A stretch of DNA of 64,000 nucleotides from a bacterium (GCA_963555815.3 CAUVWX020000002.1:160001-224000), one strand, 5' to 3'; positions 7,959 through 19,029 are shown, numbered from the stretch's first letter. The notes: generated by a model not told the origin, from the letters alone. Made by a program: numbers and translations.

Positions 7959-9533
7959 CTAGCGGTCCCCGAGCTCTTGGAGGAGGTTTTCAACTTCGGT
8001 CGCTATTGGGTGTCCTATCCTGCGGGAGATCTCAAGTGCCTCTCTGGCGTAGCGGATGGTCTCACCCCTTTGGCCCTGTTGATTTGCAAGGAGGGCGAGG
8101 TTGAAGAGCGTCCCTGAAACATCTGGCTCTTTGCCAAGTCTTCTTGCAATCGCAAGACCCTCCTGGAAGAGCCTTTCGGCCTCGTCGAAGCGGCCACGCT
8201 GCGCGGCGACTACTCCCAGGTTACCCAGCGTACTTGCGACATCTGGCTCATTTCCAAGTTTCTTATCAATCGCCAGGCTTTCCCGGAAAAGCCTTGCGGC
8301 CTCTTCTAAGCGCCCGCGCCTGTCGGCGACCAAGCCGAGGTTGTTCAGCGACCCTGCGACGCCTGGCTCGTCGCCAATTCTCCTCTTAATCGCTAGGCTC
8401 TCCTGGTGGAGCCTCTCGGCCTCGTCGTAGCGACCCCGGCTGCCGGCGACCAAACCGAGGCCACACAGCGACCCTGCGACGCCTGACTCATTGCCAAGTC
8501 TCCTCTCAATCGCCAGGCTCTCCTGGTAGAGTCTCTCGGCCTCATCGAAGCGACCGCGGTTACGGGCGACCTCGCCGCGGTTATTTAGCGCCGCTGCGAC
8601 GGTCCCTTCGTCGCCAAGTCTCCTTGCAATCTCCAAACTCTCCCGGTAGAGCCTCTCGGCCTCGTCGTAGCGCTCTTGCCTCCCGGCGACAATGCCGAGA
8701 TTATTGAGGACCTCCCCCGTCCCCTTTTCGTCTCCTCTCTTTGTGAAAACAGAAAGGGCGTGACGTCCCGCCTCCTCCGCCTCGTCCCACCTCCCGCGGC
8801 TTTCAAGGACCGCTCCAAGGTTTTGCCAGGCCTCGGCATAGTCCGGGTCAAGGGTGAGGGCCTGTTGATAGAGTGCAATGGCCTCATCCCAGCGGTTTTG
8901 GTCATAGGCCTCTCTTCCCTTTCCATGTAGCGCATAAGCATCAAAGGTCTTCGTCGCAGGCTTCTCGATCTTCTCCCTTGTCTCCTCAGGAACTTCTATC
9001 TTCTCTCCAGGAGGCAAGGAGGCCACCTCGCCGCCTATCACCTGCCGGTTCAGGACCTCAACCGCGTCAAGAGCAAGCGTCGCAAAAGCCTCAAAGAGAC
9101 GACCGTCCACCGGACTTACAAGGCTTGAAGCTCCGAGGACCGTTCCTGTCTCAACATCGACAAAACGGATGTTAACGTTGACACTTCCCGCAAAGATGAC
9201 AAAGGAGCCAAGACCCATGACCTCCGCCCCAAGCTGTTCTCCCAGCTGGGCGGCCTTCTCTTCGTTAAAGAGGTCAGAGAGGGAGAGACGAAGCTCATCC
9301 ACCAGCTTCTTCCACTGAGCCCGCTCTATCACCTGGATGCCTGGGACCTCGGAGAGCTTTCCAGCGAGGGTTTCGGGCACATTGAGGCCGATCCAGCTGA
9401 ATTCTTCCTTCAGGCTGCCCCCTGACTGGTTCTCTAGGTCCAGGACGGCAATCCGGCGGGCCCCCTCGGCAGGAAGCGCGAGGAGAAGTGAGAAAAGGAG
9501 GACGACGAGAGACGTTCGGCGAAGGACCATCAA
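7959..9533 (-). CDS. Exported TPR protein with N-terminal CsgG/FlgO-like domain
   Basis: Signal peptide, IAVLDLEN...NIRFVDVETG domain, then tandem 40-aa TPR units (LNNLG...EAERLYQESLAI) also visible as 120-bp DNA repeats. Confidence 0.85.
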   Translation of the reverse strand: MMVLRRTSLVVLLFSLLLALPAEGARRIAVLDLENQSGGSLKEEFSWIGLNVPETLAGKLSEVPGIQVIERAQWKKLVDELRLSLSDLFNEEKAAQLGEQLGAEVMGLGSFVIFAGSVNVNIRFVDVETGTVLGASSLVSPVDGRLFEAFATLALDAVEVLNRQVIGGEVASLPPGEKIEVPEETREKIEKPATKTFDAYALHGKGREAYDQNRWDEAIALYQQALTLDPDYAEAWQNLGAVLESRGRWDEAEEAGRHALSVFTKRGDEKGTGEVLNNLGIVAGRQERYDEAERLYRESLEIARRLGDEGTVAAALNNRGEVARNRGRFDEAERLYQESLAIERRLGNESGVAGSLCGLGLVAGSRGRYDEAERLHQESLAIKRRIGDEPGVAGSLNNLGLVADRRGRLEEAARLFRESLAIDKKLGNEPDVASTLGNLGVVAAQRGRFDEAERLFQEGLAIARRLGKEPDVSGTLFNLALLANQQGQRGETIRYAREALEISRRIGHPIATEVENLLQELGDR

Positions 9534-9746
9534 GCCTTTCTCCTAAAAGAAGGTCTTAATGATATCATTTACAGAATTATCTGAGGAGGATTTTTCGATA
9601 CGGATCCACGTCAGGATGGGATGGAAAACCTTGTTGCCTTCTTCGCTAAATTCACGCTGAAGCGAGAGGACAAGCCCAAAGAAACGGCAATTGATGTTAA
9701 GGTTTAATAGGAAGCTTCAAATCTATTTTCCGAGGTCAGTAGTCTA

Positions 9747-12617
9747 ATGCCCCCTTTTGAAGTTCGTGAAGAGGTTCTAAACGTTGTTCTAGCCAACTTA
9801 CTCGAAGAGCGCGGTTTGCTCTCTGTTCCAGAGACGATCCGCCGCTCGGTGAGAGGTCGCAAGCACCGCTTGCCCGACGTGACTGTAGCAGACCTGTGGG
9901 GGATCCGAATAGTTATTGAAGGACGGGTTGGAAGAACTCCAGGGATTCGAAGGTCACTCCTCCACGATTCTCGGATGCGAATTGAGGAGGGGATTTGTCC
10001 TATTTGCCTGTCCGTTCTATATCCTGCCGAACTTCGTGTGGTCACTTCGATGCCGTTGCTCAAGAGGACGATGGCGCGTGAGTCGCTAATCGTTCGAGTT
10101 ATCTCAGAAAGCAGCGACGGCGATTGGGCTGATACCACAGTTGACGGACTATCAGAAATCCTTCGACGCAGTTACGAGCTCCTGGTTAGCGAAGATGTGG
10201 TGGCGAGTGCGGTTGGGGAGTTGGAGGAAAGCATCGACACAGCCAGCGAGATCCTTGTTTCGGCTCAGGCAGCAGCCCCAAGACTAAGGGACCTTCTGGG
10301 AATTCGAGAAGAGACAGACGGTGAGGATTTACGGATTTCGAGAATCGCAGCATTAACCCTAGTTAATGCCATGATTTTTCAACAGACCCTTGTCGCGCGG
10401 GCCCCCCGCGTCTGGCCACTAAAGCGATCGATTGCCCGACCGCATGTCGCAGAAGCACTTACCAATGCATGGGAGATCATTATCGGAGAAATTGATTACG
10501 TTCCTATTTTCAGTCTAGCCCTTAAGATAGTGGATGTATTATCAGGCAACCCCGGCTTAAATGATGCACTCCGAACACTTGCAGAATCTGCCATGCGGAT
10601 TACCGGCCGCCGAGCTGCGCTCAGACACGATTTAATGGGACGCATCTATCACCATCTATTGGCTGACAGGAAGTATTTTGGCGCCTACTATACTACGGTT
10701 CCAGCGGCAACCCTACTACTCAAACTCACCCTTGATCCGTCGCATTTTCGGGTCAACTGGAGCAATCTCGATCAAGTTTGTGAACTTCGTATAGCTGATC
10801 TGGCTAGCGGAACAGGGACACTTCTGAAGGCTGCTCTCCAGAGTATTGTGGATAACCACGTGCGTTCCCGTGCGGAAGATAAGGATTCGCCAAATCTTCT
10901 ATCATTGCACCAAGCCTTGGTTGAAGATAGCTTATGGGGTTTCGATGTGGTTCCTTTCGCAATTCATCTTGCGGCATCAGCTCTTGCGATGCACGAACCG
11001 GACGCGCAGTTTAGAGATATGCGTTTGCATACTATGTCACTAGGTGGTGGCCGCTGGCCCAACTTGGGCAGTTTAGATTTTCTGTCAGGGAGCCGCGTTA
11101 GGGTGCAAGCAGATCTCTTTGGCAGTCCTACTGGACCTGGCCGCGTGACTGCCGCAGGAGAAGTGAGGGAGACGGTCGAAGTTCCGCTGTTGGATCTCTG
11201 CGTTATGAATCCACCATTTACCAGAAGTGTGGGTGGGAACCTGCTTTTTGGCCATGCTCCTCCACGTCAGCGCCGGCAAATGCAAGATGAATTAGGTAAC
11301 ATTGTTAGACGAAGAGGGGTTCCTGCTAATATTACGGCTGGCCTCGGGTCCGTGTTCGCCGCTTTGGCCCATCAGTATATCAAGCCTGGGGGATACTTAG
11401 CGTTAGTGCTCCCCCGCGCACTATTATCGGGAGTCGCTTGGGGGCGAACCCGGCAGCTCATTGGCACCTACTACCACGTTGAATACGTGATCGTTAGCCA
11501 TGAGCCTGGGCGATGGAACTTCTCAGAAAACACAAGTCTCAGTGAATGCCTGATTGTCGCTAGACGCCTTCAAGAAGGAGAAATTCCAGTTGAGACCAAG
11601 ATCGTTAACTTATGGGTTCAGCCAAAAACGAGTATTGAGGCGTTAACCGTCTCTGATCTCGTTCGCCGGACACCAGGAGTCCATTTAGACGCGGAAACCG
11701 GGATTGACGAGTTGCGGACTGAAACACAGAAATTCGGTGAAGTAATCATCTGCCCACCAGAACGGATCCGAGTAGGGCAGTGGAATCAAGAGGCCGCCTT
11801 CTCGCAGACAGACCTTAACCGTGTGGCATATCATTTAAAGGAAGGCCAAATTTACATTCCTGGTCGAGGCGCAATTGCTAGTATCCCAAGGATTCATCTC
11901 CAAGGATTAGGGGAACTCGGATCCGATAGAAGAGACATTCATGATGGATTTCGGCCTACACCCGATCCAACTCCATACGCGGCGTTCTGGGGACATTCTA
12001 CTGATTTGGTTCGGCACTTGTCCCAGACACCCAACCGCCATTTGTCGCCACTCGGACGCCCCCTTCCGGGTCGCCCGCGTCGAGATCCTCATCTTCTGTG
12101 GTCACGTTCGGGACGATTGTTAATTGCTGAGCGACTGAGGCTTAATACAGTTCGGGTATTGAGTGTCTATCTTGACCGACAAGTTCTCTCCAATACTTGG
12201 TGGCCCTTCAGTGGCTTTCACGGGGGGCAGCGTTCCAGCGGAAGAAATCGAACGCATCCTCGTGCTTTGGCTCAACTCTACCTTGGGAGTGATTTCCTTG
12301 ATAGCAGCTCGGGTTGACACTGAAGGTGCATGGGTCGACCTCAAAAAGCCTAGTCTCGAGGCTACCATTGTGATGAATGCGTCGGTTCTTTCAAGGGAAC
12401 AAGGGAACAACGTCGAATGCTGATTGAGACCTATGAGGAAATATCAGAGCAAGATTTTCTTCGGCTTCCAGAAATAAACCACGATGTTGTGAGGAGCCGG
12501 GTTGATTCGGCCATAATGACAGCTTTTGGCTGTTCAGAGGATCTCGCCGTACTCCGCGAAATGTTGTCGGTTGAGCCCCTTATGCTCGGTTCCCCGGTAG
12601 TAACGGGCACTTCGTGA
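9747..12617 (+). pseudogene. Type IIG-like restriction-modification / N6-adenine methyltransferase, two frameshifts near the 3' end
   Basis: GAYYT, DLASGTGTLL, MNPPF; continuation LWLNSTLG in another frame; extra G in the G6 run at 12222-12227 and 8-bp duplication at 12393-12408. Confidence 0.8.
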
Positions 12618-12669
12618 GTCCTCGGTCAAGTAAGCCCGGAGAGCGCTTAACAATACGTACTTAGCTTAC

Positions 12670-13428
12670 TTAACTAACCCATTGCTCAAATTTCTTTAGC
12701 CTTTTTGATTCCAGTTGTTCCAATGGGACACCACAGTCGTTACAAAGATAAGATGGAGACTAATTGATATCTAGCTCCAGCTTAAGAGGCCGCCCAATGC
12801 AGGAGAAGCAGCCACATTCTCCGCATCGGGGACACACATGGACTGTTTCAACTCTCTTCCCACAATGTGAACATTTGAAAAAGAAGAGCCTTTTCTTGAA
12901 GACCGTAAAGAGGTAGATACCTCCCAGCCATATTATTAGTGCACTACCCCAGAAGACAAGGGCGGTCCGCCAAAGAGGAAACCCTTCCCCCGAGGGAGCC
13001 AATATATTTGTCAAAGACCAAACGGCCCACAAAACTAAGACCAGAAAAGAAATACCTAATATAAACCCGGTCAGCCACTTGCCGGTTCGTAAACCAGCCT
13101 TTTTTAAAAAGTAGCTTAAGGGTTTCTGCGCATTTGCTTTAGCGGTCTCCTGGGCCCGATCCCGCCATTTCCGCATTCTTTGAGATAGCTTGGGATTTTT
13201 TTCTAATACGGAGATTAAACATCTGTCATATTCCGCTCGTTTCTCCGGATCCCCCAATATCTCCCGGGCCTCTATAATCGTTATTGTTTTTTCTTTTGCA
13301 TCGGCAGATTGGTTTTTGTCTGGGTGCCATCTTAAAAGTTGTCTACGAAACGTTTTTTGAACCTCAGATGGAGAAGCGCCTCTGGAAATATCAAGCACTT
13401 GATAATAATCGACAATTTGTTCCATCAC
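12670..13428 (-). CDS. DnaJ-domain membrane protein with C-terminal Cys-rich Zn finger; in-frame TAG at 12760-12762
   Basis: DYYQVL...WHPDKN J-domain, two TM helices, three CxxC pairs before the TAG and a fourth after it. Confidence 0.75.
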
Positions 13429-13650
13429 CTAAGCTTGAAATCCTCGCCGCAGTTCAGGTCCAGATGTCTCCCTTATCTCAAATCCCTTTTCGCTTTTTCT
13501 TGGGGACTCTTCTGATTCTCTATTGGGCCAATTTTGTTCATTTATAGGGATTTGTTTGACTTGTATCACGGCTTCATAAAGTCGTTGCTTCGCGGGTGGA
13601 TAAAACTTATACATCCAAGCACGGCTTTGATTGCTCGGATAGAATAAGAT

Positions 13651-14073
13651 CTATTTCATTCTCCCATTGGTGGTGCCTCCAAAGGCGTCCTTCAGAACGG
13701 TAATGCCGATGGCGACACAGAAGAGGAACGCCCCCCACACAACCACATCAACGGACCAGCTCTTCCCGAGGAAATCCACCATAACTACAGGGAAAGCTAC
13801 CCCTAGCGCGAAGAAGAACAGGGCTGTTCCTATCACTTTCACTTGTTTCGAGCTACCAGTGGCCTCGAAGAGGCCATCCCGTTCAACCGCGGGCTCAAGA
13901 GGAGGGGGGAGAGAGGGCCTATGTTCTCGGTTGTCGTCGCCAGCATCCTCAGGGCCGTCTCGTCGAACGCTGGCCTGATCATCACTTATATGTGTCTCCT
14001 CCCTCCAGGACTCCGTGTAGATGGTCAAGAAGACCACGAACCCTATTAGAATCAGAGTCACTATCAGTGCCAT
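13651..14073 (-). CDS. Hypothetical membrane protein (3 TM)
   Basis: Three hydrophobic stretches in a 140-aa ORF. Confidence 0.55.
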   Translation of the reverse strand: MALIVTLILIGFVVFLTIYTESWREETHISDDQASVRRDGPEDAGDDNREHRPSLPPPLEPAVERDGLFEATGSSKQVKVIGTALFFFALGVAFPVVMVDFLGKSWSVDVVVWGAFLFCVAIGITVLKDAFGGTTNGRMK

Positions 14074-14349
14074 TCCGTCAGCTTCCTAGATATCTCCACC
14101 GTTCCTTCGCGGCCCAGGTCTTGCCTGAGCCAGCACCGAAGATACTTCCAGAAGGCGTCGTCGTGGGAGTAGGGGTAGTAGCCGCCCTCGCGGGAGAGTG
14201 GCCCCCCCTCCGCTGCCTCCCAGACAGTATCCTAGTGCGCTGCAGGTCCTCGGTCACCCCCTTTTTCAAGGACCGTCTGACACCCCCTGGAGGAGGACTT
14301 TCCGATATGGAATGGCAGCTGGAGGAGCTTTGGGTAGCGATAGGGTAGG

Positions 14350-14466
14350 GGTCCCGAGAAAATTTGGGTATTTGGTATGGTCAGGATGGGACCCCCCCCT
14401 CATCCTGGGGGTGGTGGGGGGCTACCCCCCTCCGGGGGATGAGCTTTTTCGGGGAAGCCCCACCTT
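14350..14466. repeat. G/C-tract dispersed repeat, copy B
   Basis: GGTCCCGAGAAAATTTGGGTATTTGGTATGGTC...GGGACCCCCCCCTCATCC...GGGGGGCTACCCCCC...CCCACCTT; overlaps the polB 3' end. Confidence 0.8.
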
Positions 14467-16633
14467 CCATCACTATCCAGAGTTCTTTCACAGCTCGATC
14501 AAGAAGCTCCGTATAGGCCTCAGCATCGTAGAGGTCCTCTGGGCGGATGAAGGGGGCCGCCCTGACTCGGGTCTCTTTCAAAGGGTCTCTGACATTCTTG
14601 AGGAGAAAGGACACCTTCTCTCCGGGATGCAATCTGATTCCGGCCCTTTCATACTCTCTTGCCGCAAGAGCAGTTCGGCTGTCCACCTTGTAGTCCGATG
14701 GTTTACGGGTAAGACGTCGGCTCAGGAGAAGGAGGTGGCAAGGGACATTTCCAGACCGGAGCTCGTCCCGCCACCGCTCCCATTCTTCCTTTGCCTTAGG
14801 GATAAGGTCCTGGTACTCCTTCAGGTTCTTAGCGGTGGTGAGAATCTTCAGCACTGAAAGCTGGGCCTCCTGGATGAAGCGGGGTGTGTCCCGTCTTCGA
14901 TAGGCAAGGCCTCTCGCCTTTAACCCCCCATCCCGAAAGAGTCCGAAGAATCGGCTTGGGACTCCAACCCCAGGCCTCTGCTTTGAGGGGAGGAAATGGA
15001 CCCACCGGTAGATCCCCTCAAGGGCCATCGGGATACGAGTCCTTGTCTCAATCTCCCGAATGAGCTCCAAAAGGACCTCCTGCCTCATGTCCCCACCCTG
15101 GAGCCAGAGGGAGTCGGTCAGGGCGTGGAGCATCCGGTACCCTTTCCCCTCCGCCAACTCTTTGGCCTGAAGCAAAGTCTCTCGTCCGATGGCTGTTACT
15201 GCTTCATGGGCCTCGATCCTTCCGAACCGGGCATTTCGATATCCGAGATACCCAAAACAGGTCACAAGCATCCACTTGAGGGCCGTCTGACGTCGGTCAA
15301 AGCGAATCCGGTCCTCTTCTGTCTTCGCTTCTCGCCTACGCCGCTTGTACTTTTCTCTTAGCTTGAGGATAGGGGCTAAGACTCTGGGAACCAGGCCTTC
15401 TCTACGCCTACAAAGGTGATAGCCCGACTCAGGAACTCTTTCGCCGTCCTCCTTGCAACAAGAACACAGGACCGTTTCAGGTGAGATGTTATGAGCCATC
15501 ATGATGGCGGGGTACATGGAGGCGAAATCGATCTCGGCCACGTCCTCGAAGGCCCCCACTTGGGGAGCATAGGTCAAGCCTCCCTTGTCGGCGATGAAGA
15601 GGGTCCAGGGACTCTTGAAGGCTTCAGGTTCTCCCTTTCGCCAGGGAACGAGGATGTTCTGGCTGAAAGCCGCATCGAGTTGCATGGAGGAGATGGCTGT
15701 TCCGGGCGATGTCCGAGCAGAAGTCTGGACCGGAACCTTTGAAAGACGGGCGAGCTCAACAATGCCCTCCAAACCCCCTTCCTTGTGCATGAAGGAGGCT
15801 TTCTGGTCGATGTGCCAGCGGCCATAAAGGGGGTAGCGAGGGGGTGAATAGAGAATTTGGCCATAGGTGAAGTAAGAGCGCCCCTCAGTCCTCAAGAAGC
15901 GTGAGGGGGGCTTTGGGTCTCGGTCGAGACGAAGGCTCTTTCTGGCAAGTCGCTCGGCCTGAAGGAGCCAGGGAAAGAGAAGAGTATCTCCCTGAGTAGT
16001 GAGGATGAGGTCGGGGTCAGCGAGGTCGAGTAGGGAGTTTAATGCTGAGACAAGCTCTTCTGGTCTCTCAGACTCAATCTCGTAGTCTCTTCCATCCCAG
16101 ATGGCTCTGATCCCTGGAAAACGGCCCCGAAAATCCCCCAGAGGTTCAAGCTCCAGTACCTGAAGATGAGGGAGCGTGAACTCCTCCCAGGGCAACTCAG
16201 CTGCCTCAATCTCTTCGACGGTATCCCCTGTGACCCCTGCCCGGATCCGCCCGCACGGAAAGAGGCCTGTCTCATAGAGATAGGCCTGAGGAAGGGGGAG
16301 GTCGGCGTTGTAGATGCGAAGAGGACCGTCGTACTCAGGAAGGAATTGAGAGAGCTTTTGGTACTGGGGTCCCCCCGAAACTTTAAGCTCAAGAACCCGG
16401 ATATTCTTGCCGGACCAGAACTCGACCTTCTCTGTCCACCTGGCCCCTTGGATGAGACGCTTGCCCTTGAGGGAGGTCACAAGGCGCCTCAGAGGTGTTT
16501 CCTTTCCTTCCAGGTATATCCTGGGCCGGTAGGCGTGGCGAAGGAGTTTCGGGCCCTCTTTGGTCAGGATCCAAAGCCGAGCCTCCCCACCTACGATGTA
16601 GATATCGAAGAGGGTCCCTTCAACGGTTCCCAT
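14381..16633 (-). CDS. Family B DNA polymerase, PolB2/G2-like
   Basis: Motif A DFASMYP, motif [18 protein letters not shown], altered motif C HALTDSLW; no clear exonuclease acidic motifs. Confidence 0.9.
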   Translation of the reverse strand: MGTVEGTLFDIYIVGGEARLWILTKEGPKLLRHAYRPRIYLEGKETPLRRLVTSLKGKRLIQGARWTEKVEFWSGKNIRVLELKVSGGPQYQKLSQFLPEYDGPLRIYNADLPLPQAYLYETGLFPCGRIRAGVTGDTVEEIEAAELPWEEFTLPHLQVLELEPLGDFRGRFPGIRAIWDGRDYEIESERPEELVSALNSLLDLADPDLILTTQGDTLLFPWLLQAERLARKSLRLDRDPKPPSRFLRTEGRSYFTYGQILYSPPRYPLYGRWHIDQKASFMHKEGGLEGIVELARLSKVPVQTSARTSPGTAISSMQLDAAFSQNILVPWRKGEPEAFKSPWTLFIADKGGLTYAPQVGAFEDVAEIDFASMYPAIMMAHNISPETVLCSCCKEDGERVPESGYHLCRRREGLVPRVLAPILKLREKYKRRRREAKTEEDRIRFDRRQTALKWMLVTCFGYLGYRNARFGRIEAHEAVTAIGRETLLQAKELAEGKGYRMLHALTDSLWLQGGDMRQEVLLELIREIETRTRIPMALEGIYRWVHFLPSKQRPGVGVPSRFFGLFRDGGLKARGLAYRRRDTPRFIQEAQLSVLKILTTAKNLKEYQDLIPKAKEEWERWRDELRSGNVPCHLLLLSRRLTRKPSDYKVDSRTALAAREYERAGIRLHPGEKVSFLLKNVRDPLKETRVRAAPFIRPEDLYDAEAYTELLDRAVKELWIVMEGGASPKKLIPRRGVAPHHPQDEGGVPS

Positions 16634-16937
16634 TGGCCCTCAGGAGGTTTATTTCCTGCCTCAAGGCGGCCACTTCATTCATCAGGATCTCGACTTCGGT
16701 CCGAAGGGGCAAAAACTTCTCGATGAACTTCTGTTGTTCGATGAGGGCAGAGAGGAGGATTAAGTCCATTGGCCAGGGATGGCCTGAATAGACGGATGGG
16801 GCCACATGGTGCTTTCCGAAGGCGAAGAGCCGATCGAAGGCATCCTGATCTTCTTTCCTGAGAGCCCGCCTGAACTGGTTTAATGCCCTTTCCTCCTGCG
16901 CAAGGACCTGGCTGAAGGGAGCTACCGTTCGTCCCAT
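16620..16937 (-). CDS. Small PolB2-associated protein
   Basis: MGRT...QFRRALRKEDQDAFDRLF...LLSALIEQQK; GGAGG RBS; overlaps both neighbours. Confidence 0.8.
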   Translation of the reverse strand: MGRTVAPFSQVLAQEERALNQFRRALRKEDQDAFDRLFAFGKHHVAPSVYSGHPWPMDLILLSALIEQQKFIEKFLPLRTEVEILMNEVAALRQEINLLRANGNR

Positions 16938-17602
16938 CGTGTTTCCTCCCAATGGGCAAGGAGCGGAAGGGTGCCTCCCTCCGTGGGCCTGAGGGTTTGC
17001 GTTAGCGGTTTCAGAATTCTCACCCTTGGCCCCCACTTATCCTTCTCCGCCAGGGCCACGGTCTCGACCAGGGAAGGGAGCTCACGAAAAAGGGTTCGCC
17101 TCTCCCTGGCACCGGCCACTGAAGGCTGGGCAATAAGGAGGGGGGCACTGATTCTCAGGAGTGCTGTTTGAAGCCGCTTGAAGAGAGCCTTGACCTCCTG
17201 CCAGGGAATGCCCTCATCCATGAAGGTGTTGAGGGGTCCTGAGACGACAACGAGTGCAGGGTCTTTCTCTAAGAGTCCTTGAACCCTTTCCTCTAGAAGA
17301 ACCGTGAGCTGATGACAGGTAAAGGCCCTGGAGAGAAGAAAACCTTCCCGGTTGAGAATGTCTTCTGGGTGAAGGCCAATCCGCCGTGCATAACGGGCCA
17401 CTATGTAGGGGTCAAAAGCATTGGCCCCGTCCACGAAGAGGACCCGGCCCCCAGAAGCGGCTAGGACTCCGGAAAGAAGGGTTGCCGCAGGAAGAGCGAG
17501 ACTACCTCCAAGGAGAACTCGACCCCTTGGGATCTGGATCCGCACCTCGCCCATAAGGGCTTCAAGGGGAACGCCAGGGGAGACTTGGACGGTGGGGATC
17601 AT
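16922..17602 (-). CDS. Inactive RecA/RadA-like (ImuA-like) protein
   Basis: VLFVDGANAFDPY, LSRAFTCHQL; no GKT Walker A; start chosen downstream of the promoter. Confidence 0.8.
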   Translation of the reverse strand: MIPTVQVSPGVPLEALMGEVRIQIPRGRVLLGGSLALPAATLLSGVLAASGGRVLFVDGANAFDPYIVARYARRIGLHPEDILNREGFLLSRAFTCHQLTVLLEERVQGLLEKDPALVVVSGPLNTFMDEGIPWQEVKALFKRLQTALLRISAPLLIAQPSVAGARERRTLFRELPSLVETVALAEKDKWGPRVRILKPLTQTLRPTEGGTLPLLAHWEETRWDER

Positions 17603-17633
17603 AGTGTGGAGCCTCAACAATAGAGTGGTAATA

Positions 17634-17665
17634 CGAAAATATAGCGAAAGCAAGGGGTCTGTCAA
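17634..17665 (-). promoter_or_regulatory. Sigma-70 promoter with overlapping TTCG-N7-TTCG candidate operator
   Basis: TTGACA (17665-17660), 16 nt, TATATT (17643-17638); the direct repeat straddles the -10. Confidence 0.6.
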
Positions 17666-17909
17666 GATAGATTCGTCCTGGGAGACTAATTTCATGTAAT
17701 TAGCTGATCTATTGAAGATTAATTGGATGGAGGTTGAGGTTCTAGGTCGCTACCTACTGTTGCTTCGCGTTAGCGGCGCCTTGCCCTGAAACGTCGGAAA
17801 ACCCTTGCCTCCCGTCAGCACTTCAACTAATACTTGATTGTATTGCAGCAAGAGAACCCTTTTGGAGTCTTTCTCCCTAGAGCCCTCACGAGTGCCTAAG
17901 GAGCCTAAC

Positions 17910-18317
17910 ATGAAGAAAAATTTTATCGGATTCTTGTTCCTTGTGCCTCTACTCATAACGGCATGCACAGTGCCGTACGATGATCTCAACACTGCGCCAA
18001 GCTCCCTAACCCCTGGTGTAGTGAAAACCGAGATCGTCACAGGTGAAACAACACAAGCGGAAGTGCTGGAAGTTTTTGGCCCTCCTGATCTTGTCACCGT
18101 TGATAAAGGCATTGAGTTGTGGGGATACGACAAGATCTCTCGCGAAACAGCGTATTCTTCGTTCGGTATTTTGGCCGGTGGCCTTGCCGGTCCAGCCGTT
18201 GCTGGTGGGGTCGTGCGGGGGGGGAAGACCACCCAAACCACAAAGACCGTGTTCCTCCTCATTTATTTCAAGAATGACGTGGTTGTCGATCATAAACTTA
18301 GTGCCACAAAATTCTAA
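17910..18317 (+). CDS. Lipoprotein, SmpA/BamE-like fold
   Basis: Lipobox ITAC; GETTQAEVLEVFGPP...WGY; AGGAG RBS. Confidence 0.75.
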   Translation: MKKNFIGFLFLVPLLITACTVPYDDLNTAPSSLTPGVVKTEIVTGETTQAEVLEVFGPPDLVTVDKGIELWGYDKISRETAYSSFGILAGGLAGPAVAGGVVRGGKTTQTTKTVFLLIYFKNDVVVDHKLSATKF

Positions 18318-18341
18318 CGGAGCCAAAAGGGGAATAAACTT

Positions 18342-18953
18342 GTGAGACCTTTGAAACATTCCCTCCTAATCCTCGTGGTGTTGATTCTATATGCTTGCGC
18401 TGCTGGACCAGGAGTTGGCCCTGGCCAGTTGGCGACAAGGGCCATAGAAACCCGCATTATCGATGCGGATTTTGACACAGCGTATCGAGCCGCCAGCCAC
18501 GCGATGTTCGCCTTGGGCTTCACCATAAGTCATACCGAGAAAGAATCTGGTATTTTGGTTGGGAGATTTACTGATCTCCATAAGGGCCGAAAGGTTGGTT
18601 ATGTGTTGTTGTTTGGAGTGGTGGGTGCACTGATTGATACTAAGGAGACGTTCGATGTGACCCTTTTTCTAATCCCGAGACGTGATGAAGAGAATAAAAC
18701 GACGCTTCGAATCCAGATGGCAATAGATGGTAAGCTAAAGCTGAACAACGAAGTCGTAAGCAGGATTTGGATAGTTACCCAACGCGCGGCGATGTTGGAG
18801 GCGGGCGTAACTATTCCGGAAGAATTAGAGGAACAGTTCCAAAAGTTAGAAGAAGAAAGTGCCTCAGCACAAAATGTGGCACAAGAGGAATTTGAGAGGG
18901 AAGAAGCGGAAAGGAAAAAACACGACGAGTCTACTGGGCTAAAAAGGCCCTAG
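18342..18953 (+). CDS. Hypothetical lipoprotein
   Basis: Lipobox LYAC; ALGFTISHTEKESGILVG. Confidence 0.7.
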   Translation: MRPLKHSLLILVVLILYACAAGPGVGPGQLATRAIETRIIDADFDTAYRAASHAMFALGFTISHTEKESGILVGRFTDLHKGRKVGYVLLFGVVGALIDTKETFDVTLFLIPRRDEENKTTLRIQMAIDGKLKLNNEVVSRIWIVTQRAAMLEAGVTIPEELEEQFQKLEEESASAQNVAQEEFEREEAERKKHDESTGLKRP

Positions 18954-19029
18954 AATTACAAGACACTCAAATCAGTTCGGAGTACCCTGGTACCGCATAG
19001 AAGGTGATTTTAGCCACACCTTGTGTCTG

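Noticed and set aside
8040..8710. CRISPR-like periodic repeats
   Set aside because: In-frame 120-bp coding TPR repeats with no unique spacers and no cas genes.
9621..9707. Short ORF ending KREDKPKETAIDVKV, like an Hsp20 tail
   Set aside because: Too short to support a call.
17760..17780. GCGTTAGCGG as an attC right end
   Set aside because: No matching RYYYAAC or palindrome upstream.
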